NCBI RefSeq assembly: GCF_044704955.1
Contig: NC_091999.1
Location: 31,434,001 to 31,498,000, forward strand
Origin: Pristiophorus japonicus
Taxonomy: Eukaryota
Length of the DNA: 64,000 nucleotides
Reading direction: 5' to 3'
The notes below the pieces were generated by a model, which saw nothing but the letters and a program-made list of their open reading frames with translations, did not search any database and was not told the origin of the DNA. The translations under genes and the position numbers were made by a program. Within the stretch, counting starts at the first letter, position 1, and each line of letters begins with the position of its first letter. This document shows positions 38,660-50,468 of the stretch, one piece after another.

Positions 38660-39925
38660 CCGATCTCAGTGGGTCTGACTGGTTGAAGTTATCTCCTTTT
38701 TGAGGAATTAACCAGGTTGGTCGATGAGGGCCAACCATATGAAGTAATGTATATGGATTTTCGCAAAGCATTTGATAAGGTCTCACATGGCAAACTGATC
38801 ACAAAAGTAAAAACTCTTGCGATAAGGGCAAAGTGGCAAGTTGGACCAAAAATTGGCTCAGAGGCAGGAAGCAATGGGTAACGGTTGATTGGTGTTTTTG
38901 TTGCTGCAAAGATCTTTCCAGTGTGGTTCCACAGTGCTCAGTAATAGATCTCAACTTTTTGTGATATACATCAATGATCTAGACTTGAGTATAGGGGGTA
39001 TGATTGAGAAGTTTGCAGATGATACTAAAACTGGCTATATGGTTGATAATGAAGAGGAAAGTTGCTAATGCAGGAAGATATCAATCAACTGGTCAGGGGT
39101 GCAGAATAGTGCAAATTTGAATTGAATCCAGAGAACTGTGAGGTAATGCATTTTGGGATGGCTATCAAGGAACGGGAATACACTTTAAATGGTTGGAAAC
39201 TGAAAAGTGTAGAAGAAGAAAGGGACTTTGGATGTCCAAAGTGCATGTCCACAGATCCCTGAAGGTAATAGAGCAGGTAGATAAGCTGGTTAAGAAGGCA
39301 TACGGAATGCTTGCCTTTATTAGGCAAGGCATAGCATACAATAAAGGTGGTTTATGTTTGAACTGTATAAAATACTGGTTAGGCCACAGCTGTAGTACTG
39401 GTCACTACATTAAAGGAAGGGCGTGATTGCACTCGAGAGGGTATAGAGGAGATTTAGGAGGATGTTGGCAGCAGTGGAGAATATTAGCTGTGAGTACAGA
39501 TTGCACAGGCTAAATTTGTATTCCTAGGAACAGACGAGGCTGAGGGGAGAACTGATTGAGATGTATTCAATTATGAGGGGCCAAGATAGAATAGATAGAA
39601 AGGGTCTATTTCCCATAGCAGAGGGGTCGACATACAGCGGGCATAAATTTAAAGCAATTGGTAGAAGGTTTAGAGGGCAGTTGAAGGGAATTTCTTAACG
39701 CAGAGCGTTACGGAGGTCTGGAACTCACTGGCTGAAAGGGTGGCATAGCGAGAAACCCTCACCACATTTACAAAGTACTTGAATGTGCAGTTGAAGTATC
39801 GTAACCTGCAGGGTTACGGACCAAGGCTGGGAAGTGGGATTTGGCTGGTTTGCCTCTGATTGACCGGCATAGTCACGATGGGAGGAAATGGCCTCCTTCC
39901 GTGCTGTAAACATTTGTGATTCTAT
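38660..39925 (+). mobile_element. CR1 LINE 3' portion (different subfamily)
   Basis: YMDFRKAFDKVSHG, KFADDTK and a CR1 3' end. Confidence 0.9.
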
Positions 39926-40089
39926 GATGTTGCTCTCTGAAATCTTTGGAAACCAGTAGATACGAGAGATCCCTGAGGGTCCAGCATGCATAATTTCACA
40001 CATCAAGGACGAAACTGCATCCTGTAAATGGACGGATATGATTAAAGTTATTGAAATATTGAAAATAATGTCATCCTATACGTGAGAAA

Positions 40090-40807
40090 GCGAGATATCT
40101 GTGCACTGACTAATGTCTCAGTCCCTCTCCCTCCCGATGTTAACTGTATATTTACAGATGTCTCGATGCCCCCCACCCCTCTCGCAGGAAAACATATTTA
40201 CGTTGACTGGTGTCTCCCAGTCTCTTGTCACTCAAGAAATGTTTGTACAGTGCTGGTATCTCTCAGTCCCTTCCCAACTCAGGGAGATTTCTGTAGACTG
40301 GCTGGTGTCCCTCAGTCCCTGCTCGCACAAGAGATATCTGTGCAGTGCCTGGCGTCTCAGTCTACTCTCCCTGAGGGAGATAGCTCTACACTGGCAAGTG
40401 TCTCTCCGTCCCTGTCCAGCATGGAGGTATCAATATATCGACAGTTTTCCTCATTCCCCTATCCCTCATGGCTATACCTGCACACTCAAGAAATATCTGG
40501 ACACTGACGGGTGTCTCTCTGTCTCATGTCCTGAGGAGCTATCTGTACAATTGACGGTTTATCTCTGTCCCTCTCCTTCATGGATATATGAGAATATTGA
40601 CTGATGTCGTTCAGTTCCACTCCACAGGGAGATATCTGTACGTTGACTGATTTCTCTCACTCCTTCTCCATCAGGGAGAGATCTCGACATTGATTGGTAT
40701 CCATATGACTTCCACCCTCAGGGACATATCAGTACATCGACTGGTGTCTCAGTCTGTAACCCTCATGGTAATAGCTGCACAGTGTCGGGTGCCTCTTAGT
40801 CCCTGCT
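40090..40807. repeat. Minisatellite, about 45 bp unit, running into the gap
   Basis: Repeated gagatatctgtacactgactggtgtctctcagtccct-like unit. Confidence 0.8.
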
Positions 40808-40997
40808 NNNNNNNNNNNNNNNNNNNNNNNNNNNNNNNNNNNNNNNNNNNNNNNNNNNNNNNNNNNNNNNNNNNNNNNNNNNNNNNNNNNNNNNNNNNNN
40901 NNNNNNNNNNNNNNNNNNNNNNNNNNNNNNNNNNNNNNNNNNNNNNNNNNNNNNNNNNNNNNNNNNNNNNNNNNNNNNNNNNNNNNNNNNNNNNNNN
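40808..40997. other. Assembly gap (190 N)
   Basis: Run of N. Confidence 1.
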
Positions 40998-41039
40998 GGG
41001 AAATTGAGTTGACTACTCCTATATCCTCTAGAGTTACGA

Positions 41040-41416
41040 AGAATAAAATGTCATATAAAAACTACAAAATTCTTCCAGGGCTTTACAGAGTAGACGCAGG
41101 CAAGATCTGGCAGGAGAGTCTAGAACTATGCTTTCACTATCTCAGGATAAATCAGGACTTAGATGAAGAGAAATGTCTTCACAGAGGTGGGTGATTCTTT
41201 GGAATTCTCTGCTCAAGAGGGCAGTGGAGGCATACTCGTTCAGTAAGGTCAAGGCAGATATCGATAGATTGTCGAATAATAAGTGAATCAAGGGATTCTT
41301 GATAGTGCTGGAAAGTGCAGTTGAGGTACAAGATCAGCCATTACCTTACTGAAGGGCGGAGCAGGCTCGTGGGGCCAAATGGCCTCCTACTGCTCCTATT
41401 TTTTATGTTATTATGT
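41040..41416 (+). mobile_element. CR1 3' fragment
   Basis: CR1 3' end with agatcagccat...aatggcctcctactgctcctatt and tail. Confidence 0.8.
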
Positions 41417-41839
41417 ATCCCTGCATTGTGCCTCACTGATTTTCAATTGAATATGATTTCTGATGTGACTCGTAATGTACTTCCACGGTTTTAAGGACTG
41501 TTGAGATAGTGTCCACTTGATCCTGAGACATAGCGTCACATCCAGCAACAAGCAAAGGAGATGAAGGTCGGTCTGATTCAGACTGGATGGGGAAGTTGTT
41601 TACATTCTTTAATTACAGTGTGCCAAATGTACATTTATCAAGTGTCAGTACACCCTGCGGTTTCCATCTCCTGACCCTCGCCCCTCTCCTGCATTATGTT
41701 ATTGCAGACCCCGCTCGCCAGTCCCACCATGCAGTGTATTACATGGCAGTACAAAATGAGATTTCCATAACTTGATTTTGAAAGTGTATCTTTTCCACAC
41801 ACACAAATCGAACTGCAAACAGCGCTCAACATTATAGTT

Positions 41840-42096
41840 ACCGATCTACCGAGCTATCTGTCTATCCTATCAATATCTATATTTCAATCTGTCTCTATAT
41901 CTATAGATTCTTCTAGCCCTTTCTGTCTATCTGTCTAACTATCTATCTGTTAGTCTGTCTGTCAGTCTGTCTATCAGTCTGTCTGTAGGTATATCTGTCT
42001 ATCTATCTATATATTTATCAGTCGATCTATGTAACTATCAATCTATTCGGCTGTCTGTCTATCTTTCTATCTGCCTATCTGGCAGATTATCCCACT
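41840..42096. repeat. (TCTA/TCTG)n microsatellite
   Basis: Seen directly. Confidence 0.9.
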
Positions 42097-42258
42097 NNNN
42101 NNNNNNNNNNNNNNNNNNNNNNNNNNNNNNNNNNNNNNNNNNNNNNNNNNNNNNNNNNNNNNNNNNNNNNNNNNNNNNNNNNNNNNNNNNNNNNNNNNNN
42201 NNNNNNNNNNNNNNNNNNNNNNNNNNNNNNNNNNNNNNNNNNNNNNNNNNNNNNNNNN
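42097..42258. other. Assembly gap (162 N)
   Basis: Run of N. Confidence 1.
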
Positions 42259-42294
42259 GAATTTATCTCTTTTTCAATATCTTGATTCGTTTAT

Positions 42295-42480
42295 AATTGT
42301 AGCGCCCCCTACTGCTTTCTTAATTTTTTAACGCATGGAATGTCATGTTCTTTAATAATTGTTGCGCCCCCTGCTGCCCTCTGACTGATTTGCCGCAAGA
42401 CAAACGACGCTCTGTACAAATTTAGCACCGCCTACTGCCATCTGACAGATTTAGTGCAAGAGAACGGACACTCTACAAAC
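42295..42480. repeat. About 60-bp tandem units carrying CTCF-like cores; continues at 44636-44780
   Basis: GCGCCCCCTACTGC (42302), GCGCCCCCTGCTGC (42364) and GCACCGCCTACTGC (42425); related units at 44642 and 44701. Confidence 0.6.
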
Positions 42481-42489
42481 AAAGATACG

Positions 42490-44590
42490 AGCATACATAC
42501 AATGATGGAAAGGTTAAGACCATCTGGTCCATTGAGCCTGTCCCACGCCGCCCGAAACGATGTGATCTCCTGGAAGTAGCAAAAATCTGATTAAAAACCC
42601 AGGCCAATTTGGGGGAAGAAATTTGGCAAATTCTTCTCTGATCCATCTAGGTGATCGAAACTGGTCCAAGTGATCACTCTGGCCTTGAATTCCCTGCAGT
42701 ACATACCTTCTGTAACATGTGATCTCTACCGCAGCCAGAAACAAATCCAGCTTTCACTTGAGGAATTCAGTGAGTCTGCATTCATTACATGAAATGACAG
42801 ATTGTACAATGGTCTACTATCTTCTGGGAAAAGATCCACCTCCTGACATCTAACCTAGATCTAGTCCTATACAACTGAAATATGTGATACCTGGTCCTAC
42901 CTAACCTATTTAATTGAAATAAACTATCGACTGGAAAACCTTCTATTTCCTTCATTATTTTAAAAACCTCAATCAGATCCCCCCTAAGTCTATGCTGATC
43001 TAAGGAATTGAGTTCCAACTCTTTCAACCTATCTTGGTAATTAAAATGCTTTATACTTGGAAATAGCCTAGTGACCCTCTTGTTCTCCTTTTCAGAGCGT
43101 CAATATCACCTATCATGTGAGGAGGACAAAACTGGACACAGTATTCAAAGCTCGGTCTGACTAAGGCCTTGTTCAAGGACAAAACAGTACACGTCCTATT
43201 ATAATCAAATGTCCTTTGGATACACCCCGATGCCTTATGTGCTGTAACTATCACTGCACAGCATTGCTCATGTACCTTTAAGGATCTATGTACTAGAATG
43301 CGCAATTCTATTTCTATCTGCGCCAAATTTAATACCTTTCCCTGGAGGGTGTAAGAATGTGAACATTTGCCCTACCCACATGCATAAATATGCACTTATC
43401 TAAGTTGTACATCATTTTCCAGACTTGAGCATAATCTACCAGCACATTCAGATCTGCCTGAAGCAGTCGAGCATCTGCTATAATTCAAAATCTCACTCAG
43501 ATCTTGGTATCATCTGCAAATTTAAAAGTTTTGCGCGCAATCCCAAAATCTAGATCATTAATACAAATAGTAAAACACAATAGTCCCAACACTGTCCGCT
43601 GCCAGACACCACGGGTGACTAGTCTACAATCAGATTCAAATCCATCAATTATTACTTTTTACCAGTGTCCTGCCAGCCAGTTCTGAATCCAACTCAATAT
43701 ATTTCAACGTTTACCAGAGGCTCCGATCTTATACAAAAGCCTTTTGTGCGGTACTTTTTCAAAATGTTTTGGGAAATCAGAGTAGACAATGTCTGCTGGG
43801 CTTCCCTGATCCACAAACTTCGTAACTGTTTCAAAAAATACAATTAGATTTGTGAGATATTACCTCTTTTGTATGAAGTCATATTGGTATGCCTAAAATG
43901 TCCCTCCCTATCCAATATTCTTAAATCCCTTATGGTTGCTTCAAACATCTTACCTATTACTGATGTTAAACTGATGGGCCTATAGTTGCCCGGGTCTGTC
44001 TTGTCACCTATTTCAAAAATGGGGTCTGCATTAGTCTCCTTCCAATCTGTGGGAAACATTCAAGAGAGCAGTGAGCTATTAAAAATACAGGCCAGGAGCT
44101 CTCACAGCTCATGTCCTATCTCACAGAGGACCATCAGGCGGATATCATCCAGCACGGATGCTCTATCTATTTTCAAGTTCTTAATTATTTTTACCCTAAC
44201 GTTTTTCTCTTTGGTAATGCTGCTAACAAAATTAGTAGAATTAAATTCTAATATTCGAGCATCATTTTCAAGGGTGAAGACTGATGGAAAGTACAAATGT
44301 AATATTTCCACCATTCTTAGTGAATCCTTTGCAACCTGCCCTTGAACACCCTTCAGTGGACCAATACAGTCTTTGATAAGTCTCTGATTCACCACGTAAA
44401 GAAAAATGCTGATCCCATTACTGCCACAGTTGTCTACAAACCATTAGTCCATTAGTGTTTGATGATATAATAGCAGCCATCATTTTCTTTAGCTGTTTCC
44501 TGGATTCAACCCTGTTTATTTGAGTATTACATGTTTTAATTGATAATAAAAACGTTTCTGTTTACATCTTATTTGTCTGTCTAGTTTTAC
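42490..44590 (-). mobile_element. CR1-type LINE, 5'-truncated
   Basis: DPGNYRPISLTSVIGK, KFADDTK, RPSFEYCVQF and RLRGDLIEVFKI. Confidence 0.92.
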
Positions 44591-44809
44591 CATCCCGATT
44601 ATTGATTTATCGGATGATGAGGGATGTGGTTTATAATATTAGCACCCCTTCTGCCGTTTGACGGTTTGCTGCAGAACAAGGGGTGCTCTGTCCAATGGTA
44701 GCACCACCTACTACCCTATGACTGCTTTATTGCAGGATGAGAGACAAAAGTTATCATTAGATCGCAACAACTGCTTTCTCCCACTGAGATAATTTGGGTC
44801 CAATTAAGG

Positions 44810-45105
44810 AACATAACAAACATTAGAAATAGGAGCAGGAGTAGGCCCTATGCCTCTCGAGCCTGCTCTGCCATTCAATAAATTCATGATTGATCATCGA
44901 ACTCAACTACACTTTCCTGCACAATCTTTATATCCACAGATTCCCCATAGATTCCAAAAATCTATCTGCCTCAGTCTTGAATATATTCAGAGATATGATG
45001 CCGAGAATTCAAAAGATTCAGAACCCTCTGAGTGAAGAAAATCCTCCTCATCTCGATCCTAAATGGGCTTCCCCTTATCCTGAGACTGTGTCCCATAGTT
45101 CTAGA
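44810..45105 (-). mobile_element. CR1 3' fragment
   Basis: agaaataggagcaggagtaggcc-type 3' end in reverse. Confidence 0.8.
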
Positions 45106-45449
45106 GAAAACACCAGGAATTGAACTCGGACCTCCATGCTGTGTATGGTTTTATGGCATCTTCGAATGTCCAGATGGAGATTTTCATTTTATTTTTCTTA
45201 GAAAGATACGGAAGTCTTTTTTCCCCTTCCACATGGTGCAATATTCATTGGAAGCTATTCTAATGTAGAAAAGGTGAGCTCGAAATTGGCTGCCTTAATT
45301 TGTTTGTTTCAATGACCAGAGCTAACAATAAAATTGCACAATCTGATTGGCTCACTAGGGATTAACATTCGGTATAACTAAGGGATAATTAGAATGAGCC
45401 ACAACTCATGTTGGAGCTACTGTCTCCAGCAATTCTTTTCTCACTGAGA

Positions 45450-45545
45450 ATGCACGCCCCTGGAAACAGTCCAATACTTGCCATTTACTATCCGCTTCTC
45501 GCTGCTGTCATTGCAAGTCATTACAGCAAGTCATTGGTTGTTAAG
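45450..45545 (+). pseudogene. GPR139-like pseudogene, exon 1 (damaged 3' end)
   Basis: MHAPGNSPILAIYYPLLAAVI is paralogous to IYYPLLTAVGVP of exon 1 at 5956-6052; followed by triplicated GTCATT. Confidence 0.7.
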
Positions 45546-46581
45546 GTTTCTGCTGATATTCTGCGTCTTTACAGTTTTGACATTTTGTGTTTCGAGATTT
45601 TGCTTCACAGCCGCTTTGTTCATTGTGTTCTAATGAAAGATCACTGATCTGATGCATTAACTCATTTTCTCTTTCCACAGATGTTGCTTGATCTTCCAGA
45701 TTTTCTGTTCTCATTTCAAATCTCCCTGAGTCAGAGTATGTGTCTTTTGTATCCCTGTTCATTGTGAAATTTTATTGGAATTGTAAAGTTCCCCGGTGTA
45801 CAAAGCAAAATTTATTACAACATCATTCTGCATCAGCGTGACTTCTTGTCCCAGATCTATATTCGCACTGCCTTCAGCTAACAATCTCTGTTCAAGTCCA
45901 AAAGTCGTTATTTTTAAAAAGTAAAAATCGTGTGACTAATGAAAAAATATGAAGTGAACCGATGCAACAATGATCGGTCAATAATGTGTATCTTGATATG
46001 TATTTCCCGCCACTTTTCATCAGTGCAGTTAATTCTGGTGATCAAGCACTGTTTCACAAATGCTGTCTATGGACAAATGTCCAGAAATGATGCCTGTAAA
46101 TGTTTATTAAAATGCATCTATTTCTGAATATTGCGTTGAAACGATACGAAAATCAGCTGTGTAGTTGATAATGAAGAATAAAGGTGCGGACAGCAGGAAA
46201 ATGTCTATCAACGGGTCAGGTGGGCAGAACAGTGGCAAATTGAATTTAATCCAGAGGTTTGTGAGGTAATGCATTTGGGGAAGGCTGACAAGGAAAGGGA
46301 ATACACATTAAATGGTACACTGAGAAGTGTAGAGGGACAAAGAGACGTTGGAGTGCATATCCACAGAACTCTTTTTTTGGGAGAAAATTAACACATGAAA
46401 TCAGTAAATCGTGCCCCCCCCGATCTGGGGGGCGCACCAACATTTCAAAGCACTTTTTTTTTTTCGTAAGTTTTTTTTTGGGCACTAAAATCTTTTTTTT
46501 TCTCCAAGTGCCCCCTATAAAAGGGGAGGGGGACACTAAAAACACCGGCAATTGAAACAAATTAAACTTTAAAATATAAAA

Positions 46582-49500
46582 TCAAATTAAAATTTGGTTG
46601 CCGGGCGTGACGATGCACTCCAGTCCCTCCGGCGCCCACCTCTCGTGGAAGGCCACGAGCGTACCAGTGGACATCGCATGCTCCATCTCCAATGACAGCC
46701 TGGACCGGATGTATGCGCGGAAGAGAGGCAGGCAGTCAGGTTGTACGACCCCCTCGACCGCACACTGCCTGGACCGGTTGATGGCACCCTTGGCCGTGCC
46801 CAGGAGCAGTCCTACGAGGAGGCCCTCGGACCTACCCGCTCCCCTCCGCACAGGGTGCCCAAAGATCAGGAGTGTGGAACTGAAGTGCAGCCAGAATTTC
46901 AGGAGCAGACCCTTTAAATAATATAAAAGGGGCTGCAACCTCGCGCATTCCATAAAAACATGGAACACGGACTCTTCCAGACCGCAGAAATTGCAGGCGG
47001 ACTGCGAGCCCGTGAACTGGTTTAAAAATTTATTGCACGGGACTGCTCCGTGCACCACCCTCCAGGCCAAATCCCCGATAAATACTGGAAGGACTCCCGC
47101 GTCGAGTGCCCTCTATTGGTGACCCCCGCCTCCTCCGGACGGCAAGATGGTACGCCATGGCGTGTCCGGATGGCAGATGAGGATGGCAAGGTTGAGAGTG
47201 TGCAGGAGCAGCCCGTACAGGAAACCCCTCCGCACGGAACTGAAAGGCACGGAGGGGATTTCCTCGAGGCAGCTCAAGTTGTGAGGCGCCGGCTCCCGAG
47301 GGAGGTTCCGGGGTTTGGCGCCGATGAGGAATTCCGTCCGGACGTGGGTCAGTTCGGACGGGATCTCCCCACGTGCTTGAGCCTCCTCGATGCACCTAAT
47401 GGAGTCAGGGTCCAGAGCTGTTTTTAGCGACTCAATGGCATTGGCCGCGTGGCGGACGTTGGTGGAATTTAGGCGCCACGCCAGCATGTCTGGCGCCATC
47501 CAGCCCGCTCCTTCGCCATCGAGCAGGTTCCTAACCCTGGTCACCTCACCAGCCACAGCCCTCTCGTCCGACCGCCACCTAAAACCTCGGTCGTGGAGGT
47601 ACGGATTCCCGAGCAGCGGCTCCTGCAGGACGGCCGCCACTCCAGCCAGTGGAGAGCTGCGCTTGGTGGAGACTTTGTTCCAGACCGTGGTGAGTTCCTT
47701 GTAAAAGACAGGCAGCTCCTGGAAGGCGGTCCTGACGCCCCCCAAGCTCACAAACAGGAGCTGCGTGTCGTAGTTGAGGCCGTGCTGCTGGCGGAAGAAA
47801 TACGTCGCCAGAGCACGCCACCTAGGAGGGGGCTCGACGAAAAGGTATCTCTGCAGGGTCTGAAGACGGAAAGTCGCGAGCTGGGTGCTGACGCACACCA
47901 ACGACTGACCGCCCTCCCCAAGCAGGAGACTCAAGACCGCGGCAGAGACCCAGTGCTTCCTGTTGTTCCAGAAGAAATCCACCAGCTTCTTCTGTATCTT
48001 GGTGACAAACGCAGGGGGAGGGGTCAAAGTGGCCAGCCGGTACCACAACATGACTAGCGCTCGACCCCTGTAGGACAGCACTCGGAGCAGTACTGTCCAG
48101 CGCCCTAGGCGAGCTGCGAACTTGGCCTCCAGCTCTTGCCAGTTCGCTGGCCAGGATTCCTCCTCGGGGCTAAGGTAGACTCCCAGATAGAGGAGATGGG
48201 TCGTGCTCCAGGCAAAAGGCCTGAGCTCCTCCGGCAGGGAGTCCACCCGCCAATGACCAACCAGGAGTCCGGAACATTTCCCCCAGTTGATGCTGGCGGA
48301 GGATGCGGCCGAGTAAATCTCCCGGCACTCACGCATCCTCCGCAGGTCAGCGGGATCCTCTACCGCGAGGAGCACGTCATCGGCGTAAGCCGAGAGGACG
48401 ACCTGCACGCCCGGCCCTTGCAGAGCCAGTCCCGTCAACCTCGTCCGCAGGAGGCGCAGGAAAGGCTCCACGCTGATGGCATAGAAATGGCAGGACATGG
48501 GGCATCCCTGGCGCATCCCTCTCCCAAAGCCAAGGGGCGCCGTCAAGAACCCGTTTACCTTTATCAGACACTCTGCAGCGGCGTGCAAAAGTCGGATCCG
48601 GGCGACGAAATGCGTCCCGAACCCGAAAGCGCGCAGAGTCCCGAACAGGTAGTCGTGATCCACCCTGTCGAACGCCTTATCTTGGTCGAGAGATAGGAAG
48701 GCGACCGACAGACCAGCCTCCTGGGAATGATGGATGAGGTCCCGGACCAGATGGATATTATCGTGAATTGTCCGGCCAGATACCGTGTAGGACTGGTCGG
48801 GGTGGATCATGAGGTCCAGCACGGCGCCAAGGCGAGCAGACATCGCCCTGGCGAAGATTTTGTAGTCCGTGCTGAGGAGGGAGACTGGGCGCCAGTTCTT
48901 AAGGAGGCGGAGATCACCCTTCTTAGGCAGCAGGACGATGACTGCCCTGCGCCAAGAGAGGGGCATCTCCCCGGTCGCCAGACTTTCCCCCAGGACCCGC
49001 GCATAGTCGCCCCCCAGGACGTCCCAGAATGCCCTGTGGAGCTCCACGGTCAGCCCGTCCAGCCCCGGGGCTTTTCTCCTCGAGAGCCGGGCGAGGGTGC
49101 CGGTCAGCTCCGCCAAGCTTAGCGGAGCTTCCAGATTTTCGGCGCCCTCCGGGCTGACCTTCGGCAGGTCCTCCCACAAAACTCTACGCGCTTCATCGCT
49201 GGACAGCTCCGGAGAAAACAGAGCCCCATAATATTCACGGGCCGTGTTGTTGACGCCCTCCGGATCCGAGACGCGAGAGCCGTCGTCGGCCAGCAGCGTC
49301 AAGAGCTGCTGACGGACACTCTGCCTTTTTTCCAGAGAGTCGAAGAAGGGCGAGCCACGGTCCAGATCCCGCAGGAACCGGATCCGCGACCTCACGAACG
49401 CGCCTCGGGACCCGACGAGCTGCATGTCCTTCAGCGCGGCCTTCTTCACTTCGTACACCATCGGCAGTCCGGGTCCTCGACGTCTTGACCGAGACGGGAC

Positions 49501-50443
49501 TTTTTTTCTAGGCGCCCGACTCTGGCCGCCCGCCTCTAGGTCGACCTCCTTGCGTACTCTTGACAGAAGACGCGGACGTGAGCCTTGCCCACGTCCCACC
49601 ACAGCCTCAAGGAGGGGAAGCCCCCCTGCTTCCTCCTACAGTCGGCCCAGAAACGACGGAACGAGTCCTGGAACCGCACGTCCTCCAGCAGCTGGTTGTT
49701 AAAATGCCAGTACGTGGACCCCGTCCTCGCACGGAGCGAAGCGAGCTCCGCCCACACCAAGTGGTGGTCCGAACACAGCACCGGTCGCATGGAGGCCGCC
49801 GGGACGCAGAAACGTACGCCCGAGACACGTAAAGGCGGTCGACTCTGGACCATCCCACTCCAGGGATCACCCAAGTAAAGGCGCTGGAGTCGGGATGGAG
49901 ATTTCGCCAGACGTCCACCAAGTCGAAGGACCCGACCAGGTCCCTCAACTTCTCCATCGCCGTCATGCTCTGCGGGGCACCGGAGTGGTCCCTCGCCGAG
50001 AGGGTGCAGTTAAAATCCCCCCCGAGGACAATGCAGTCACCGACGTCGACGGAGCCAAGTAGAGCGGACACCTCTTCGAAGAAGCGCGTCTGCTGCGGTC
50101 CGGGCTGAGGGGCGTACACGTTCACGAGATGGAGCGGCACGTCCCCCAGGCGAACCGTGACGTGCAGCAAGCGGCCTGACATGGGCTCTTAGACCACCAA
50201 GATCTCCGGCTGAAAATGCGGGGCCAACAAGATGGCCACCCGACAAGAAGTGGTAGTGAGGTGGCTCATGCGGACCTCTCCTTGCCATTCTAGGAGCCAC
50301 GTGGCTTCGTCTCCTGGAACGGTGTGTGTTTCTTGCAGGAAGCACACCGCATATTTCCCCTCACGCAGGAGCGAAAAATTGTTAAATCAACGGTGTGCCC
50401 CTCTGCTGCCATTGATGTTGAGGCTGGCTATGGTTATCTTCAT
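46582..50443 (-). pseudogene. Tx1 ORF2 (APE endonuclease, RT, C-terminal zinc finger), disrupted
   Basis: MKITIASLNING, FLQETH, NVYAP, GGDFNC, SDHH, KNWRPVSLL, LDQDKAFDRVDH, RQGCPMS, YADD and CNFCGLEESVFHVFMEC; several stops and frameshifts. Confidence 0.93.
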
Positions 50444-50468
50444 GACAAAAGCATAATGCAACCTCTAC

